Below the pieces are notes generated by a model. That model ran no database searches. It saw only the letters and a list, made by a program, of their open reading frames with translations, and was not told the DNA's origin. A stretch of 64,000 nt of DNA from Spirochaetaceae bacterium (GTDB lineage Bacteria; Spirochaetota; Spirochaetia; DSM-2461). Shown one piece after another: positions 10,817 to 21,088 of the stretch. The translations under genes and the position numbers were made by a program. The stretch spans positions 345,968 to 409,967 of the forward strand of contig JAOPTT010000002.1 of the NCBI GenBank assembly GCA_051531975.1, written 5' to 3'. Numbering within the stretch: the first letter of the stretch is position 1; every line of letters starts with the position of its first letter.

Positions 10817-11566
10817 CTACTTATTATTTATTCTTTCTAAATATGCCTTTGTAAATACATCATCTGGTATTTTTGCATTAGAGATATTTGATACCGACAT
10901 CTGAGTCTTTTCACCTTTTTTTAAGTTATCTTGGATAAGTGTCTGTGATGCCATATATTTTCCACCAACAGTTGTCCATTTAGGAATGATAATAGTTCGA
11001 ACTAATCTATCCGATAGAGAGTACTCTTCCTGCTTCAAAGGTAGACCTTTATCTTTTCTAATCCATATTTTTAACTTTGGAGTTGTAACTTCATTTGTTT
11101 TAGCTTCTAGAGTCAGGATATGTACAGAAATTTTTCCTAACTTACTCTCTGCTGTATCTACAATGTTATAGTCTTCAACATATGAAGATGCTCTAACATC
11201 GTTATTTTGAGCATCAGAATCACCAATGTTCTCTTTTAACGAGAAGTGAGAAAACTTTCTACTACCTGGGTCGTAACTCCATGCATTATCACCTGACATT
11301 AAAAAACCCTGTCCTTTATCAACTTCTGGTTTTAAAAATAGGTATAAAGCATTCTCTTCAGAATCTCTTCTAAATATCTGAATTTTAGTTACACTTTTAT
11401 CTTCACCTGGCTTTGTAGAAACTATTGTCCACACCATTGATAAATCCATTCCTTCAAAATCTTGTAAATCGTCAAGTTTTTGTAAAATGCCATTATAATC
11501 TGTCTCTGCGAAGGATGACGTCATCCCAAACAAAGCTAATGTTAAAATCAATATTATTTTTTTCAT
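10817..11566 (-). CDS. outer membrane lipoprotein-sorting (LolA-like) protein
   Basis: Signal peptide from ATG 11566 with AGGAG RBS; P..DKGQGFL...NAWSYDP, KIWIRKD, IPDDVFTKAYLE. Confidence 0.8.
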   Translation of the reverse strand: MKKIILILTLALFGMTSSFAETDYNGILQKLDDLQDFEGMDLSMVWTIVSTKPGEDKSVTKIQIFRRDSEENALYLFLKPEVDKGQGFLMSGDNAWSYDPGSRKFSHFSLKENIGDSDAQNNDVRASSYVEDYNIVDTAESKLGKISVHILTLEAKTNEVTTPKLKIWIRKDKGLPLKQEEYSLSDRLVRTIIIPKWTTVGGKYMASQTLIQDNLKKGEKTQMSVSNISNAKIPDDVFTKAYLERINNK

Positions 11567-11650
11567 GTTAACTCCTATCTTAGGTTGCATTGTCGAGCAG
11601 TATTCGTAGAATACGACCCACAAAGCATGTCTTTGTGTATATAACTAAAC

Positions 11651-12958
11651 TTAGTACATCGAGGCTATAGCTTTAGCCGGGTCTAATTTTGCTGCGTTAT
11701 TAGCTGGGAATAGCACTACAAGTACTGTTAAACCACTAACTAAAACTACATTTCTTAATATTATGAAAAATGATGGGATAAATAACAAATGCCCATTATT
11801 TAATAGTAGAGCTATGAAACTCTCTGTTCCAAAGTTTATAAAACTTAGACCAAATGCTACAATTCCAGATAATAAAACACCAGATAATGAACCAGCTAAG
11901 GCTAAAAACATTCCTTCAAATAGGAATATAGCTCTAATACCACTCTTTTGCATTCCCATAGCTCTCATAGAACCAATCTCTTTAACTCTGTCGTACATAA
12001 TCATTCTAAATGTATTTGCAATACCAACAATAATTACCATAAACAGAATACCTAAAACAACTAAACTAATAATGTCTATTACTTTAATAAATACATCAGT
12101 AAAACTAGTCATCTCAGTAATTGTCATAAGTCTATATCGATCTCCAAACCATTCTGGTTCTTTAGTACTAAATGCTAATGACATCATATTTGGACCATCA
12201 CCACCAGTTTCTCTCTCTTTAAATTGAAAATGTGCACTTAGTTGTTCATATAGAGTATCTGCATAACCATCTACTAAATCGATATCGTCAACTGTTAATA
12301 TAATTGACTGAAAGTCATCAGGTTGAAGACCAATCAGACTGTTTAAGAATGATAGATTGGCATAACCTGTAGAAGATGCAAAAAAGCTACTAGATTTTAA
12401 TATACCTACAACTTTAAAATCTGCGACATTAACTTGACCAGTAATTGAGTTTAATTTTGCTATTACGTAATCCCCAACTATAACGTCTAAATCCTCAGCC
12501 ATTTTATCAGTAATTAATATTGCATCTGGTTGGTTTATATCTTCTAAACTTCCTTCTACAAAATTAAAACCTTTTTTAACTTCTTCTTCGACATCCCAGT
12601 TCATTCCATTTAAACTAGATCTGGAACTATTATCTGAAAATATAAGTTCTACACGAACATCACATCTTTTATTTATTTTTGTAATTGGAACACCAGAGTC
12701 CTCAATCATGTTCAGGATTGCTTCTTTGTCAGCCATGTTAGAAATTACTTTTCCACTCTCTAGCTTTTGTTCTCCACCAATTATAATATGTCCATCTAAC
12801 ATTTTAGTAATATTTGTACTCATGGATTCAACAACTCCAAAAGATAACATACTAACAAGTGTTACAATAAAAAGTCCAAATGCAATTGCTGCCGCAGGTA
12901 AGAAGGATCTCTTTTTCTCCCTTAATATATTTCTTAAGGCCATTTTTATATATTTCAT
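11651..12958 (-). CDS. ABC transporter permease, FtsX/MacB (LolC/E-like)
   Basis: MALRNILREKKRS, DRVKEIGSMRAMG, PANNAAKLDP. Confidence 0.9.
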   Translation of the reverse strand: MKYIKMALRNILREKKRSFLPAAAIAFGLFIVTLVSMLSFGVVESMSTNITKMLDGHIIIGGEQKLESGKVISNMADKEAILNMIEDSGVPITKINKRCDVRVELIFSDNSSRSSLNGMNWDVEEEVKKGFNFVEGSLEDINQPDAILITDKMAEDLDVIVGDYVIAKLNSITGQVNVADFKVVGILKSSSFFASSTGYANLSFLNSLIGLQPDDFQSIILTVDDIDLVDGYADTLYEQLSAHFQFKERETGGDGPNMMSLAFSTKEPEWFGDRYRLMTITEMTSFTDVFIKVIDIISLVVLGILFMVIIVGIANTFRMIMYDRVKEIGSMRAMGMQKSGIRAIFLFEGMFLALAGSLSGVLLSGIVAFGLSFINFGTESFIALLLNNGHLLFIPSFFIILRNVVLVSGLTVLVVLFPANNAAKLDPAKAIASMY

Positions 12959-12967
12959 ATCCCCTCC

Positions 12968-14446
12968 CTAACTCTGTATCGCTTTAATAGGATCTATTTT
13001 TAATGCTATGGACACTGGATAAAAACTAGATACTATTCCAATTAGTATACTAACCCCATAACCTAATAATATTGTTTTAAGACTTGTCACTGGGTATAAA
13101 ACCTCTCCAGCAAATAGTGCTTCTAAAATTGCATTTCCATTAAATGATATTCCAACTTTATTGAATATTAAGAGAACAATCAGACCCATAATTATTCCTA
13201 TAGTTCCAAATACTATGGATATGGTGAAAGTCTCTGCAATAAACAGTCTTCTAACAAATCCTTTTTGGGCACCAACAGCTCTCATTGTTCCAATTTCAGA
13301 TGTTCTCTCCATTATTGATACAACTAGAGTATTCATAATTATAATAACAGTTACGATAGCAACAATAATAATGAAGATGTTAATTACAAATTTTAATTGG
13401 TTTATAGTTTCACCTGTTGTTCCAGCGGACTCTTCCCATGTTTGAACTTGTAATGGAATATCATTTTCTAATGACCATGCCTCAATATCTGCTTTAACAT
13501 TATCGATATCACTAATTTTATTTAACATTAAAAGTGTAAAGTTCCATGTTCCTGTACTTGGCTGAGTTAATGCATCTCTAACAGATAGATCACCTAATAC
13601 TTCATCAAAGTCAAAGGATTCATCAATACTTCCCTCTTCAATCTCTTCTGAAAACATTGAGTCAAAATCGAAATCACCATCTAGCAGTTCTAAATCAGAA
13701 TCTTCAACATCGATTTCATCAACAGTTCCAACAATCATCCTAGCTAATATTCTATAGGACTCAACATCTATAATACTCATATTAAAAACAGAGCTATTTC
13801 CATTTTTATACTTAAAGATACCTTTTAAAGGTACTTCGTGTAGTTTCATTCCCCCAGATATAGATTGAAAAGTAACTATATCACCAACTTTAAGGTCTTT
13901 ATCTAGTTCTTCTTGAATATCTTCGATTAACCTATAGTTTAAAATAACACCCTGCTCGTTAGAATTTAGAAATTCTCCTTCTAACATTTCGATATTATCT
14001 GGGAACATTACTGTGTATGAATCAGGATCAATTCCCCATAACTGGGTAAATGCAACATTATCCATAGTTTCATCAAACTTAATCAGGGTTCTAACTCCAG
14101 CAGTTTGCGAGTTTACAGCTTTAGCTTTTGGAATACTATTTAAATATTCGTATACTTTAACATACTCAGGTATTGTTGGGTTTGGTGAATCCCCCATCAT
14201 CTGCGCAGTCATTCCAGCTTCAAATCCAAAGGCAGACATTTTACCTTCATCCATCTTTTTAGATACTAAAAGGTGAGCAGTATAGTTTTCTATAAAAACT
14301 TCTTTACTACCTTTCTCTGCGGAATCAAGGATAGAGTTACTTAAAATCATAACCATAATTCCAATTGCAATTAAGATACCTATAATAAGAGTCTTTGCTT
14401 TATGCTCTCTTAGGTTTCTTATTGCTATTTTTTCAATAGTTCCCAT
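12968..14446 (-). CDS. ABC transporter permease, FtsX/MacB (LolC/E-like)
   Basis: IAIRNL, ERTSEIGTMRAVGA, YP...ALKIDPIKAI. Confidence 0.9.
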   Translation of the reverse strand: MGTIEKIAIRNLREHKAKTLIIGILIAIGIMVMILSNSILDSAEKGSKEVFIENYTAHLLVSKKMDEGKMSAFGFEAGMTAQMMGDSPNPTIPEYVKVYEYLNSIPKAKAVNSQTAGVRTLIKFDETMDNVAFTQLWGIDPDSYTVMFPDNIEMLEGEFLNSNEQGVILNYRLIEDIQEELDKDLKVGDIVTFQSISGGMKLHEVPLKGIFKYKNGNSSVFNMSIIDVESYRILARMIVGTVDEIDVEDSDLELLDGDFDFDSMFSEEIEEGSIDESFDFDEVLGDLSVRDALTQPSTGTWNFTLLMLNKISDIDNVKADIEAWSLENDIPLQVQTWEESAGTTGETINQLKFVINIFIIIVAIVTVIIIMNTLVVSIMERTSEIGTMRAVGAQKGFVRRLFIAETFTISIVFGTIGIIMGLIVLLIFNKVGISFNGNAILEALFAGEVLYPVTSLKTILLGYGVSILIGIVSSFYPVSIALKIDPIKAIQS

Positions 14447-14449
14447 AAT

Positions 14450-15148
14450 TTACCTACTAGTTCTCTCATTTTTAATTATCTGACCATCTTTTAATCTAAT
14501 AATATGGTCAGCCATATCTACAATAGTTGCGTCATGTGTTGAGAAGATAAAAGTTGTATTCTGTTCTCTATTAATCTTCTTCATTAAATTAAGAATATCT
14601 TCTCCAGTTTTTGAGTCTAGGTTTGCAGTTGGCTCATCTGCTAATACAATCTCTGGTTTTGTAACTAATGCTCTAGCAATAGCAACTCTCTGTCTCTGTC
14701 CACCAGACAGTTCGTTAGATCTGTTTTTAATTCTATCAGCTAATCCAACTTCTTCGATTAAGTGTTGTATCCACTCTTTCTCTTCTGCTCTGTTACCCCG
14801 TTTACCATCACCTAAAAGTAGTGGAAACTCTATGTTCTCATATACGTTTAATACAGGTATTAAGTTAAATGATTGGAAAATAAAACCTAATGTATCGTGT
14901 CTAAGGTTAGTAATTGTTTTATCTTTTAATCCTCTAGTATTAATTCCATTTATTAGAACGTCACCTTCGGTAGCTGTATCTATACAACCTATCATATTTA
15001 ATATAGTAGATTTACCTGACCCAGATGGACCTGCTATTGATACAAAATCCCCTTTTGTTATTTCGAATGAAACACCACGGACTGCATGTACCTCAGTTTT
15101 CCCGAGAGGATATATCTTATGAACATCCTTTAGTTCTACAATTGCCAT
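14450..15148 (-). CDS. ABC transporter ATP-binding protein (LolD/MacB-like)
   Basis: GPSGSGKST, LSGGQRQRVAIARAL, LADEPTANLD. Confidence 0.95.
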   Translation of the reverse strand: MAIVELKDVHKIYPLGKTEVHAVRGVSFEITKGDFVSIAGPSGSGKSTILNMIGCIDTATEGDVLINGINTRGLKDKTITNLRHDTLGFIFQSFNLIPVLNVYENIEFPLLLGDGKRGNRAEEKEWIQHLIEEVGLADRIKNRSNELSGGQRQRVAIARALVTKPEIVLADEPTANLDSKTGEDILNLMKKINREQNTTFIFSTHDATIVDMADHIIRLKDGQIIKNERTSR

Positions 15149-15368
15149 ATAATTAATCTCCTTTTATGTTATTTAAACTAATATTTTTATGAAATCTATT
15201 ACTATAAAATAATAAATTTACACAAAGTAATCAAATATAATTGCTTCTGATACTCAATATACTTACAAAATGTTAAAAAAACATTGGTTAATTCTTAAGA
15301 GTTTATTAATTTGAAATTGACTTTAATAGTAATGAGTACTAACCTAACTATTACTAACTGGAGGAATT

Positions 15369-16583
15369 ATGGAACTTTTAGCACCAGCAGGAAATATAGA
15401 GAAACTTAAATACGCCTACGAATACGGGGCAGATGCAGCATATATAGGTATTAGAAACTTTAGTTTACGGGCTAAGGCGGACAACTTTAAAGAAAACGAA
15501 CACCTAGAAATCGCAAAAATTAAGGGTGATAAAAAACTTTATTGTGCCTTAAATATATATTTTATGAACGAGGATATTAAAAAACTAGAGGCGGAACTTG
15601 AATATTTTCAGCAGTACCCATTTGATGGTTTTATAATAAGTGACCTTGGAATACTTAATTTAATGAAGAAGTATTTTCCAGATAAAGAACTACATCTTAG
15701 TACTCAAGCAAACTGTACAAATAGTGAAGTTGCCAAATTGTATTACGATCTAGGTTTTAGTAGAATTGTACCAGCTAGAGAGATATCTTTAAAAAATATA
15801 TCGGAAATTAAAACTGCTGTTCCAAATCTAGAAATTGAGTGTTTTGCCCATGGAGCGATGTGTATTGCTTATTCAGGCCGTTGCTTTTTAAGTAGTTGGA
15901 TGACAGATCGGTCAGCAAATCAAGGTAGTTGTTCACACTCATGTCGTTGGGATTATAAAGTATTGGAAGAAGGTAAACGACCTGGAGAGTACTACCCTAT
16001 TGAAGAACATGAACATGGTGTTTCAATAATGTCATCAAAAGATATTTCTATGATTAATCACTTAAAAGATATGAGAGATGCTGGAGTTGATAGTCTTAAA
16101 ATAGAAGGAAGGATGAAATCCATCTACTACACTTCAGTTGTAACAAGAGCATACCGGAAAACTTTAGATGACTTAAATGGTATAGATGTTCCTAATTTAA
16201 AAGGTTACCAAGACGAAATTAACAAAGTGAGCCACAGAGAGTTCTCTACTGGTTTTTACTACGACAACGCGGACATTTCCCGTTCTAGTAAAGAGTCATA
16301 CTCTAGAGAGTTTGTATTTTTAGGTGCAATTGGCCGGAAACAAGCTGATGGAACCTATCTAATAGATGTTAAAAACCAGATTGTCGAAGGTGATGATTTA
16401 GAATTTATTGGTCCTGACCTACTATATATTAAAGATAGTACCTTTGAGTTATTTGATAAAAACAAAGAAAGAACAAATAAAACAGACCACTGTAAAACAT
16501 CTTTTATTAAAACTAGTGTCCCTGTGAAAGAGGGTTATATTATTAGAAAACAAGCCCCAGAACTTCTAGGTGGAAACAGATAA
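15369..16583 (+). CDS. peptidase U32 family protein (TrhP-like tRNA hydroxylation)
   Basis: MELLAPAG, HLSTQAN, HGAMCIAYSGRC, CSHSCR, SLKIEGRMK. Confidence 0.9.
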   Translation: MELLAPAGNIEKLKYAYEYGADAAYIGIRNFSLRAKADNFKENEHLEIAKIKGDKKLYCALNIYFMNEDIKKLEAELEYFQQYPFDGFIISDLGILNLMKKYFPDKELHLSTQANCTNSEVAKLYYDLGFSRIVPAREISLKNISEIKTAVPNLEIECFAHGAMCIAYSGRCFLSSWMTDRSANQGSCSHSCRWDYKVLEEGKRPGEYYPIEEHEHGVSIMSSKDISMINHLKDMRDAGVDSLKIEGRMKSIYYTSVVTRAYRKTLDDLNGIDVPNLKGYQDEINKVSHREFSTGFYYDNADISRSSKESYSREFVFLGAIGRKQADGTYLIDVKNQIVEGDDLEFIGPDLLYIKDSTFELFDKNKERTNKTDHCKTSFIKTSVPVKEGYIIRKQAPELLGGNR

Positions 16584-17946
16584 CATAGTGAAAAAACAGC
16601 TTCTTGTTCTATTTTTTCTTTTAACTTCTTTTGTTAAAATATCATCTCATCCCCATGTCTTTATTGATATTGGGTTAGAGATATTAGAATTAAATAGAGC
16701 AAGGATCTCTTGGACTTTTGATCCTTTAGAATCAGAAAACAAAATCTATTTTTTTGATGATGATGTCGATGGCATTTTAAGTTCAAAAGAAGTGACAACA
16801 CTATATGATGAAGGTTTTAAAAACATTCAGGAGTACAACTATTTTATTATATTAAAATCCGATGGGTTACAGCAGCCAGTTCAAGAAGTATCAGATTTTA
16901 ACGCATATATCGAAGAAGATAGACGTCTAACTTTTACCTTTATTATCGATCTCCCAGAACTAGGAAGTGATAATAAATTATCTATCAGCCATTTTGATAC
17001 ATCATATTTTATAGCTTTTGCAGATCCTGATAAAAACAATATTATATTAAATGAAAATTTGTTCTCTGCAGTACTTAAAAATTCTAATAGACCATTCTAT
17101 TATGACCCTAATGCTGGTAGAGGTGAAATATTAGATACTTCAAATCCTAAACCGGGTTGGATAAAAGCTTACTTAACAGAAGTTTTTATTAGTACAGATC
17201 CAATATTAAGTTCTTTTGGTGACTATAAAATAAATTTGAAAGAGAGTTTAACTCAACTGCAAAGATTAGTGTATATTAAGCTTTCAGAATATCTTGTATT
17301 AGTGAGAGAGAAGCCATCAGCTGTATGGTTTATTTTACTATTTTCTCTTATTTATGGTGTTGTTCACGCTTTAGGTCCAGGACATAGAAAAATTGTTATT
17401 TCATCATATATTTTATCAAAAGATAGTATATCCTACAGTAAGGCAATTGGTATTAGTATAGGCTCAGCCTTAATTCATTCAGGAACTGGAGTTTTATCCA
17501 TACTTCTACTAAATGTGATATTCCAAAGTATAAAACCACTTTTTATAACGAATATAACAACATATTTAGAAATTATTAGTTACGGTTCTATTTTAGTTTT
17601 ATCATTAGTTCTAATATTTTTAAAACTATTTAGAAGAAAAAGTAATACTAAAGACAAACCTGTAGGTCTATCACTTATTATTTTATCAAGCCTAGTACCC
17701 TGTCCTGGTGCTATTACTATAATGCTCTTCTCATTATCATTAAATATGTTAACTATTGGTGCCATTACGGTGCTATTTATGTCTTTAGGAATGGCTACTA
17801 CACTCTCTGTAATATCGATAATAACATTAAAAGGTAAACACCTAGTAAATAACAGTGGGAAGTTTAAAGTTATAACTAAGATTCTAGAATGGACTGGACT
17901 TATTTTACTACTACTATTTTCTATTTTTATGATTATAAATGTATAA
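16570..17946 (+). CDS. DUF1007 (ZevA-like) fused to NicO/RcnA (ZevB-like) metal transporter
   Basis: HPHVFID after a signal peptide; C-terminal YGVVHALGPGHRK and PCPGA; true start may be GTG 16588. Confidence 0.78.
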   Translation: METDNIVKKQLLVLFFLLTSFVKISSHPHVFIDIGLEILELNRARISWTFDPLESENKIYFFDDDVDGILSSKEVTTLYDEGFKNIQEYNYFIILKSDGLQQPVQEVSDFNAYIEEDRRLTFTFIIDLPELGSDNKLSISHFDTSYFIAFADPDKNNIILNENLFSAVLKNSNRPFYYDPNAGRGEILDTSNPKPGWIKAYLTEVFISTDPILSSFGDYKINLKESLTQLQRLVYIKLSEYLVLVREKPSAVWFILLFSLIYGVVHALGPGHRKIVISSYILSKDSISYSKAIGISIGSALIHSGTGVLSILLLNVIFQSIKPLFITNITTYLEIISYGSILVLSLVLIFLKLFRRKSNTKDKPVGLSLIILSSLVPCPGAITIMLFSLSLNMLTIGAITVLFMSLGMATTLSVISIITLKGKHLVNNSGKFKVITKILEWTGLILLLLFSIFMIINV

Positions 17947-17952
17947 TATAAA

Positions 17953-17984
17953 AATAATAGGCTCCTATTTTGAAGCCTATTATT
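17953..17984. terminator. hairpin between convergent genes, probable terminator
   Basis: AATAATAGGCT-N10-AGCCTATTATT. Confidence 0.65.
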
Positions 17985-18004
17985 GTAGTTTAACTATTAT
18001 TCTT

Positions 18005-19714
18005 TTACGGTAGAGCTATAATCACTTGTACTGCGAATTCAGCAAACTCTAGAATATTACTTGTTCCTGAAGATGCATCTAATGAAACATCAAAAGTTAC
18101 ACTATCTCCTACTGGAACAGTAAGTGATAAGTTATGTGTAGCTTCTACTGTATAGTCAGTATTAGATAAAGTAGATGTATCTGAACTTAAGCTATTATCA
18201 ACAGTAGATCCCGTTTCTGCTCCTGTCCCATCTAAAGTCGTAACAGTAGTCTCTGTTGTACCACTTTTAGTTTCAGTTGTTTCATACTCACATATAAATG
18301 AAGGAGTACTTCCCAAAGTCAATGAGAATAACCAACCATTTGGTGCAACAGTTAGAGCCATAGGAAGTTCTAATGTTGTAGTTAAGGTTGTTACTGTAGA
18401 AGCATCACTACCAGCAATATTAGTATTTTCTAATACCTGAATTGTAGTAACCTTTGTATCTACCGCATCAGTGAAAACACCATTAGTATCAGTATCAGTA
18501 TTCACAACATCAGTTACCTTGGTTTGTAGTGCATCAGATTCTGATTTAATACCAAAACTAGCAAAGGGCTTAACAATAAATAAAACCATAGAACCTAAGT
18601 CGAAGTAAAAACTATTTGATGCATTAACTATAAAATCTAAAGAAGTACCATATTGAAAATCAGTAGTGCTTGTATCTTCATCTCTTTGGCCTATAACAGC
18701 TGCAGCCCCACCACCAGCATAATCTACACTTTGAGTTATTAATGAAACACTAGCTTCTGGTATCTCAAAACCTCCTGTAATATCTCCACCTAGGGTTAGC
18801 GCATTTCGATTATCAGATCCAAAACCTCTAAAAATAACGTCATATGATCCACCAAAAGATAATGTTGTTAAAGTATCTATATTTTCTGACTCCTCTGTAT
18901 TTAGAACTGTACCAATAGCGGTATCAGGAGTACCTGTATACGCTTCTACCATAGTAGTAGAAGTATCAACATTATTATAGTTGAAAGTAACATTACCTAT
19001 AGTACCAAGACTTCCTAAGGCCATATAAAATGGAATACCCACTGCAAAACTTAAATCTTTTCCATCAGCATCAGTTTCTGTTCTTACCCGAGTATAGTCT
19101 GCTGTAGCTACAGGAATAACCCCTGCACCTGCAGCATTATAAAAATTTTCCTCAGTTTCAGTAAAGCTATCTGTTGGGTAAAGTACATCCACTATATCTA
19201 GGCTGAAATATAAACCTGTATTTATATCACCAAACATAAAAAGATATTGAGCCGCGAAATTAAGGGAATCAAATAATTTATTGGCACTATAAACTGTATC
19301 AACACTCTGGCTATTCCATTGATGATCAGTAGATGATGTTCCATCAACAACAGTCTCTGGTGCGCCTGCTGTATAAGTTGTATCATCAGCTATATTAAAC
19401 GTTGAATCTACTGCTGTAAAACCAGTAAAAATAGACCAAGGATTATCTGCATTATGATAATATCCAAGCCACATAGGGTTACTTGTATAAGTTTCTGTAC
19501 CTAGTAAAGTTGAGCCAAGCTCCATATTAGTAAGCCCACCAAAAAGATAGGAATTATCAAGCATAGAAAACTCCTTACCTACCCCAGATGCATGATCTAA
19601 CGGGTTTGTAATTAAACTATCCGTTGTACTAGACGATACAGATTCTAACCCCACATTCTGAGCAGAAAGAGTAATAGTAATTGTTAAAAAAATTGCAATT
19701 ATAATTTTTTTCAT
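18005..19714 (-). CDS. secreted Thr/Asp-rich hypothetical protein, possible outer-membrane/surface protein
   Basis: Signal peptide MKKIIIAIFLTITITLSA, AGGAG RBS, beta-strand-like alternation; no family recognised. Confidence 0.6.
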   Translation of the reverse strand: MKKIIIAIFLTITITLSAQNVGLESVSSSTTDSLITNPLDHASGVGKEFSMLDNSYLFGGLTNMELGSTLLGTETYTSNPMWLGYYHNADNPWSIFTGFTAVDSTFNIADDTTYTAGAPETVVDGTSSTDHQWNSQSVDTVYSANKLFDSLNFAAQYLFMFGDINTGLYFSLDIVDVLYPTDSFTETEENFYNAAGAGVIPVATADYTRVRTETDADGKDLSFAVGIPFYMALGSLGTIGNVTFNYNNVDTSTTMVEAYTGTPDTAIGTVLNTEESENIDTLTTLSFGGSYDVIFRGFGSDNRNALTLGGDITGGFEIPEASVSLITQSVDYAGGGAAAVIGQRDEDTSTTDFQYGTSLDFIVNASNSFYFDLGSMVLFIVKPFASFGIKSESDALQTKVTDVVNTDTDTNGVFTDAVDTKVTTIQVLENTNIAGSDASTVTTLTTTLELPMALTVAPNGWLFSLTLGSTPSFICEYETTETKSGTTETTVTTLDGTGAETGSTVDNSLSSDTSTLSNTDYTVEATHNLSLTVPVGDSVTFDVSLDASSGTSNILEFAEFAVQVIIALP

Positions 19715-19787
19715 TTTTCTCTCCTATATTATATTAATTATAATTCAAGTGCTTTGGATATTCCAAGAGTTTTTTATGGCTCTGCCC

Positions 19788-19829
19788 TGAGGAATATTTG
19801 AGGAATATGGGGGGGTATTGGGGGGTTAT
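19788..19829 (-). promoter_or_regulatory. four helically phased 10-mer repeats including G7 and G6 tracts upstream of the surface-protein gene
   Basis: TGAGGAATAT (19788), TGAGGAATAT (19799), GGGGGGGTAT (19809), GGGGGGTTAT (19820). Confidence 0.5.
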
Positions 19830-19924
19830 CACTTCAGAGTGCTATTTTTTACATTGTGACATATTTTATAAAATTTTGACTGTGTTAGACCTATTCCACT
19901 ACTTCTATATTTATGAGTATTAAC

Positions 19925-20257
19925 TTATAGCTTCGCTGTAATAAAGTTATTAAACATTTCCACATCTTTTTTTATCTGGGCTAAATATTGTTCAATTAAA
20001 AGATTGTCATGATCAGCCGCTGCAAACTCAAGATCTTTTGATGTTAATTCTAGACTTTTTGCCATTAGGTTTCTTGCCCCACCTTTAATGGAGTGAGCCT
20101 CTCTATTTAGTGTATTGTAGTCTCTATTTATATATAATTCTTCCATTAGTGGTAATTGGTTATTTATTGATTTAATGAATTCATCAATTATCATATTTAC
20201 AACATCTAAATCCTGATCCATCTCTTCTAGAAATGAGTCATAATCCATTATATTCAT
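19925..20257 (-). CDS. Hpt (histidine phosphotransfer) domain protein
   Basis: REAHSIKGGARNLMA. Confidence 0.9.
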   Translation of the reverse strand: MNIMDYDSFLEEMDQDLDVVNMIIDEFIKSINNQLPLMEELYINRDYNTLNREAHSIKGGARNLMAKSLELTSKDLEFAAADHDNLLIEQYLAQIKKDVEMFNNFITAKL

Positions 20258-20416
20258 TTGTTAGTCCTTACTTTATTATTTATGTATTTATGTAATAAAA
20301 TAATAGTATAATAAAAGGGTAAAAGCCTCAAGATTCCTTGACTTTAATTTGCTAGATATATAATATACAAATTCTGCATACATTAAGTATGTAAATAAAT
20401 TTTAAGAGAGGCAGTA

Positions 20417-21034
20417 ATGGCAAGAAATTCCAAAGCAAAAGGTAAAATTGTCCGTCGATTAGGCGTCAACATTTACGGTAATAGTAAATACGATAAATTA
20501 CTAAAGAAAAAACCTCAAGGTCCTGGAAAGGAACGAGGTGTTAGAAGTCGAAACAAAGTTAGTGACTTTGGTAAGCAACAAAACGAAAAGCAGAAGATTA
20601 GATTTGCTTACGGTATGTCTGAGAAGCAGTTTTATAACTCTTTCTTAAAGGCTAAAGCTATGCCAGGTTTAACTGGTGATAACATGATGATCATGTTAGA
20701 AAGAAGATTAGACAATGTAATTTACCGATTAGGTATGGCTACAACTAGATGCCAGGCTAGACAATTAGTAAGTCATGGTCACGTTGTATTCAACGGTAGA
20801 AAATTAAATATTCCATCTGCAATTGTTAGAGAAGGTGATATCATTGGCATTAAGCAAAATGATACTTCTGTAAAAATGGTTAGAGAGAACATTTCTAAAG
20901 CTGGAAGACCAACTCCAGCATGGTTATCTTTAGAAGCTGACGATTTAAAAGCTAAAGTTGAGAGAATCCCATTTAGAACTGATATCGATACTATTGCTAA
21001 CGAGCAGGTTGTTGTTGAGTTCTACTCTAAATAG
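20417..21034 (+). CDS. rpsD: 30S ribosomal protein S4
   Basis: EKQKIRFAYG, LERRLDNVIYRLG, ARQLVSHGH, VVEFYSK. Confidence 0.97.
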   Translation: MARNSKAKGKIVRRLGVNIYGNSKYDKLLKKKPQGPGKERGVRSRNKVSDFGKQQNEKQKIRFAYGMSEKQFYNSFLKAKAMPGLTGDNMMIMLERRLDNVIYRLGMATTRCQARQLVSHGHVVFNGRKLNIPSAIVREGDIIGIKQNDTSVKMVRENISKAGRPTPAWLSLEADDLKAKVERIPFRTDIDTIANEQVVVEFYSK

Positions 21035-21088
21035 AGTATAGGAGAATCTTTAGATTCTACTATTAATTATTTAGACAAACTTATATAC

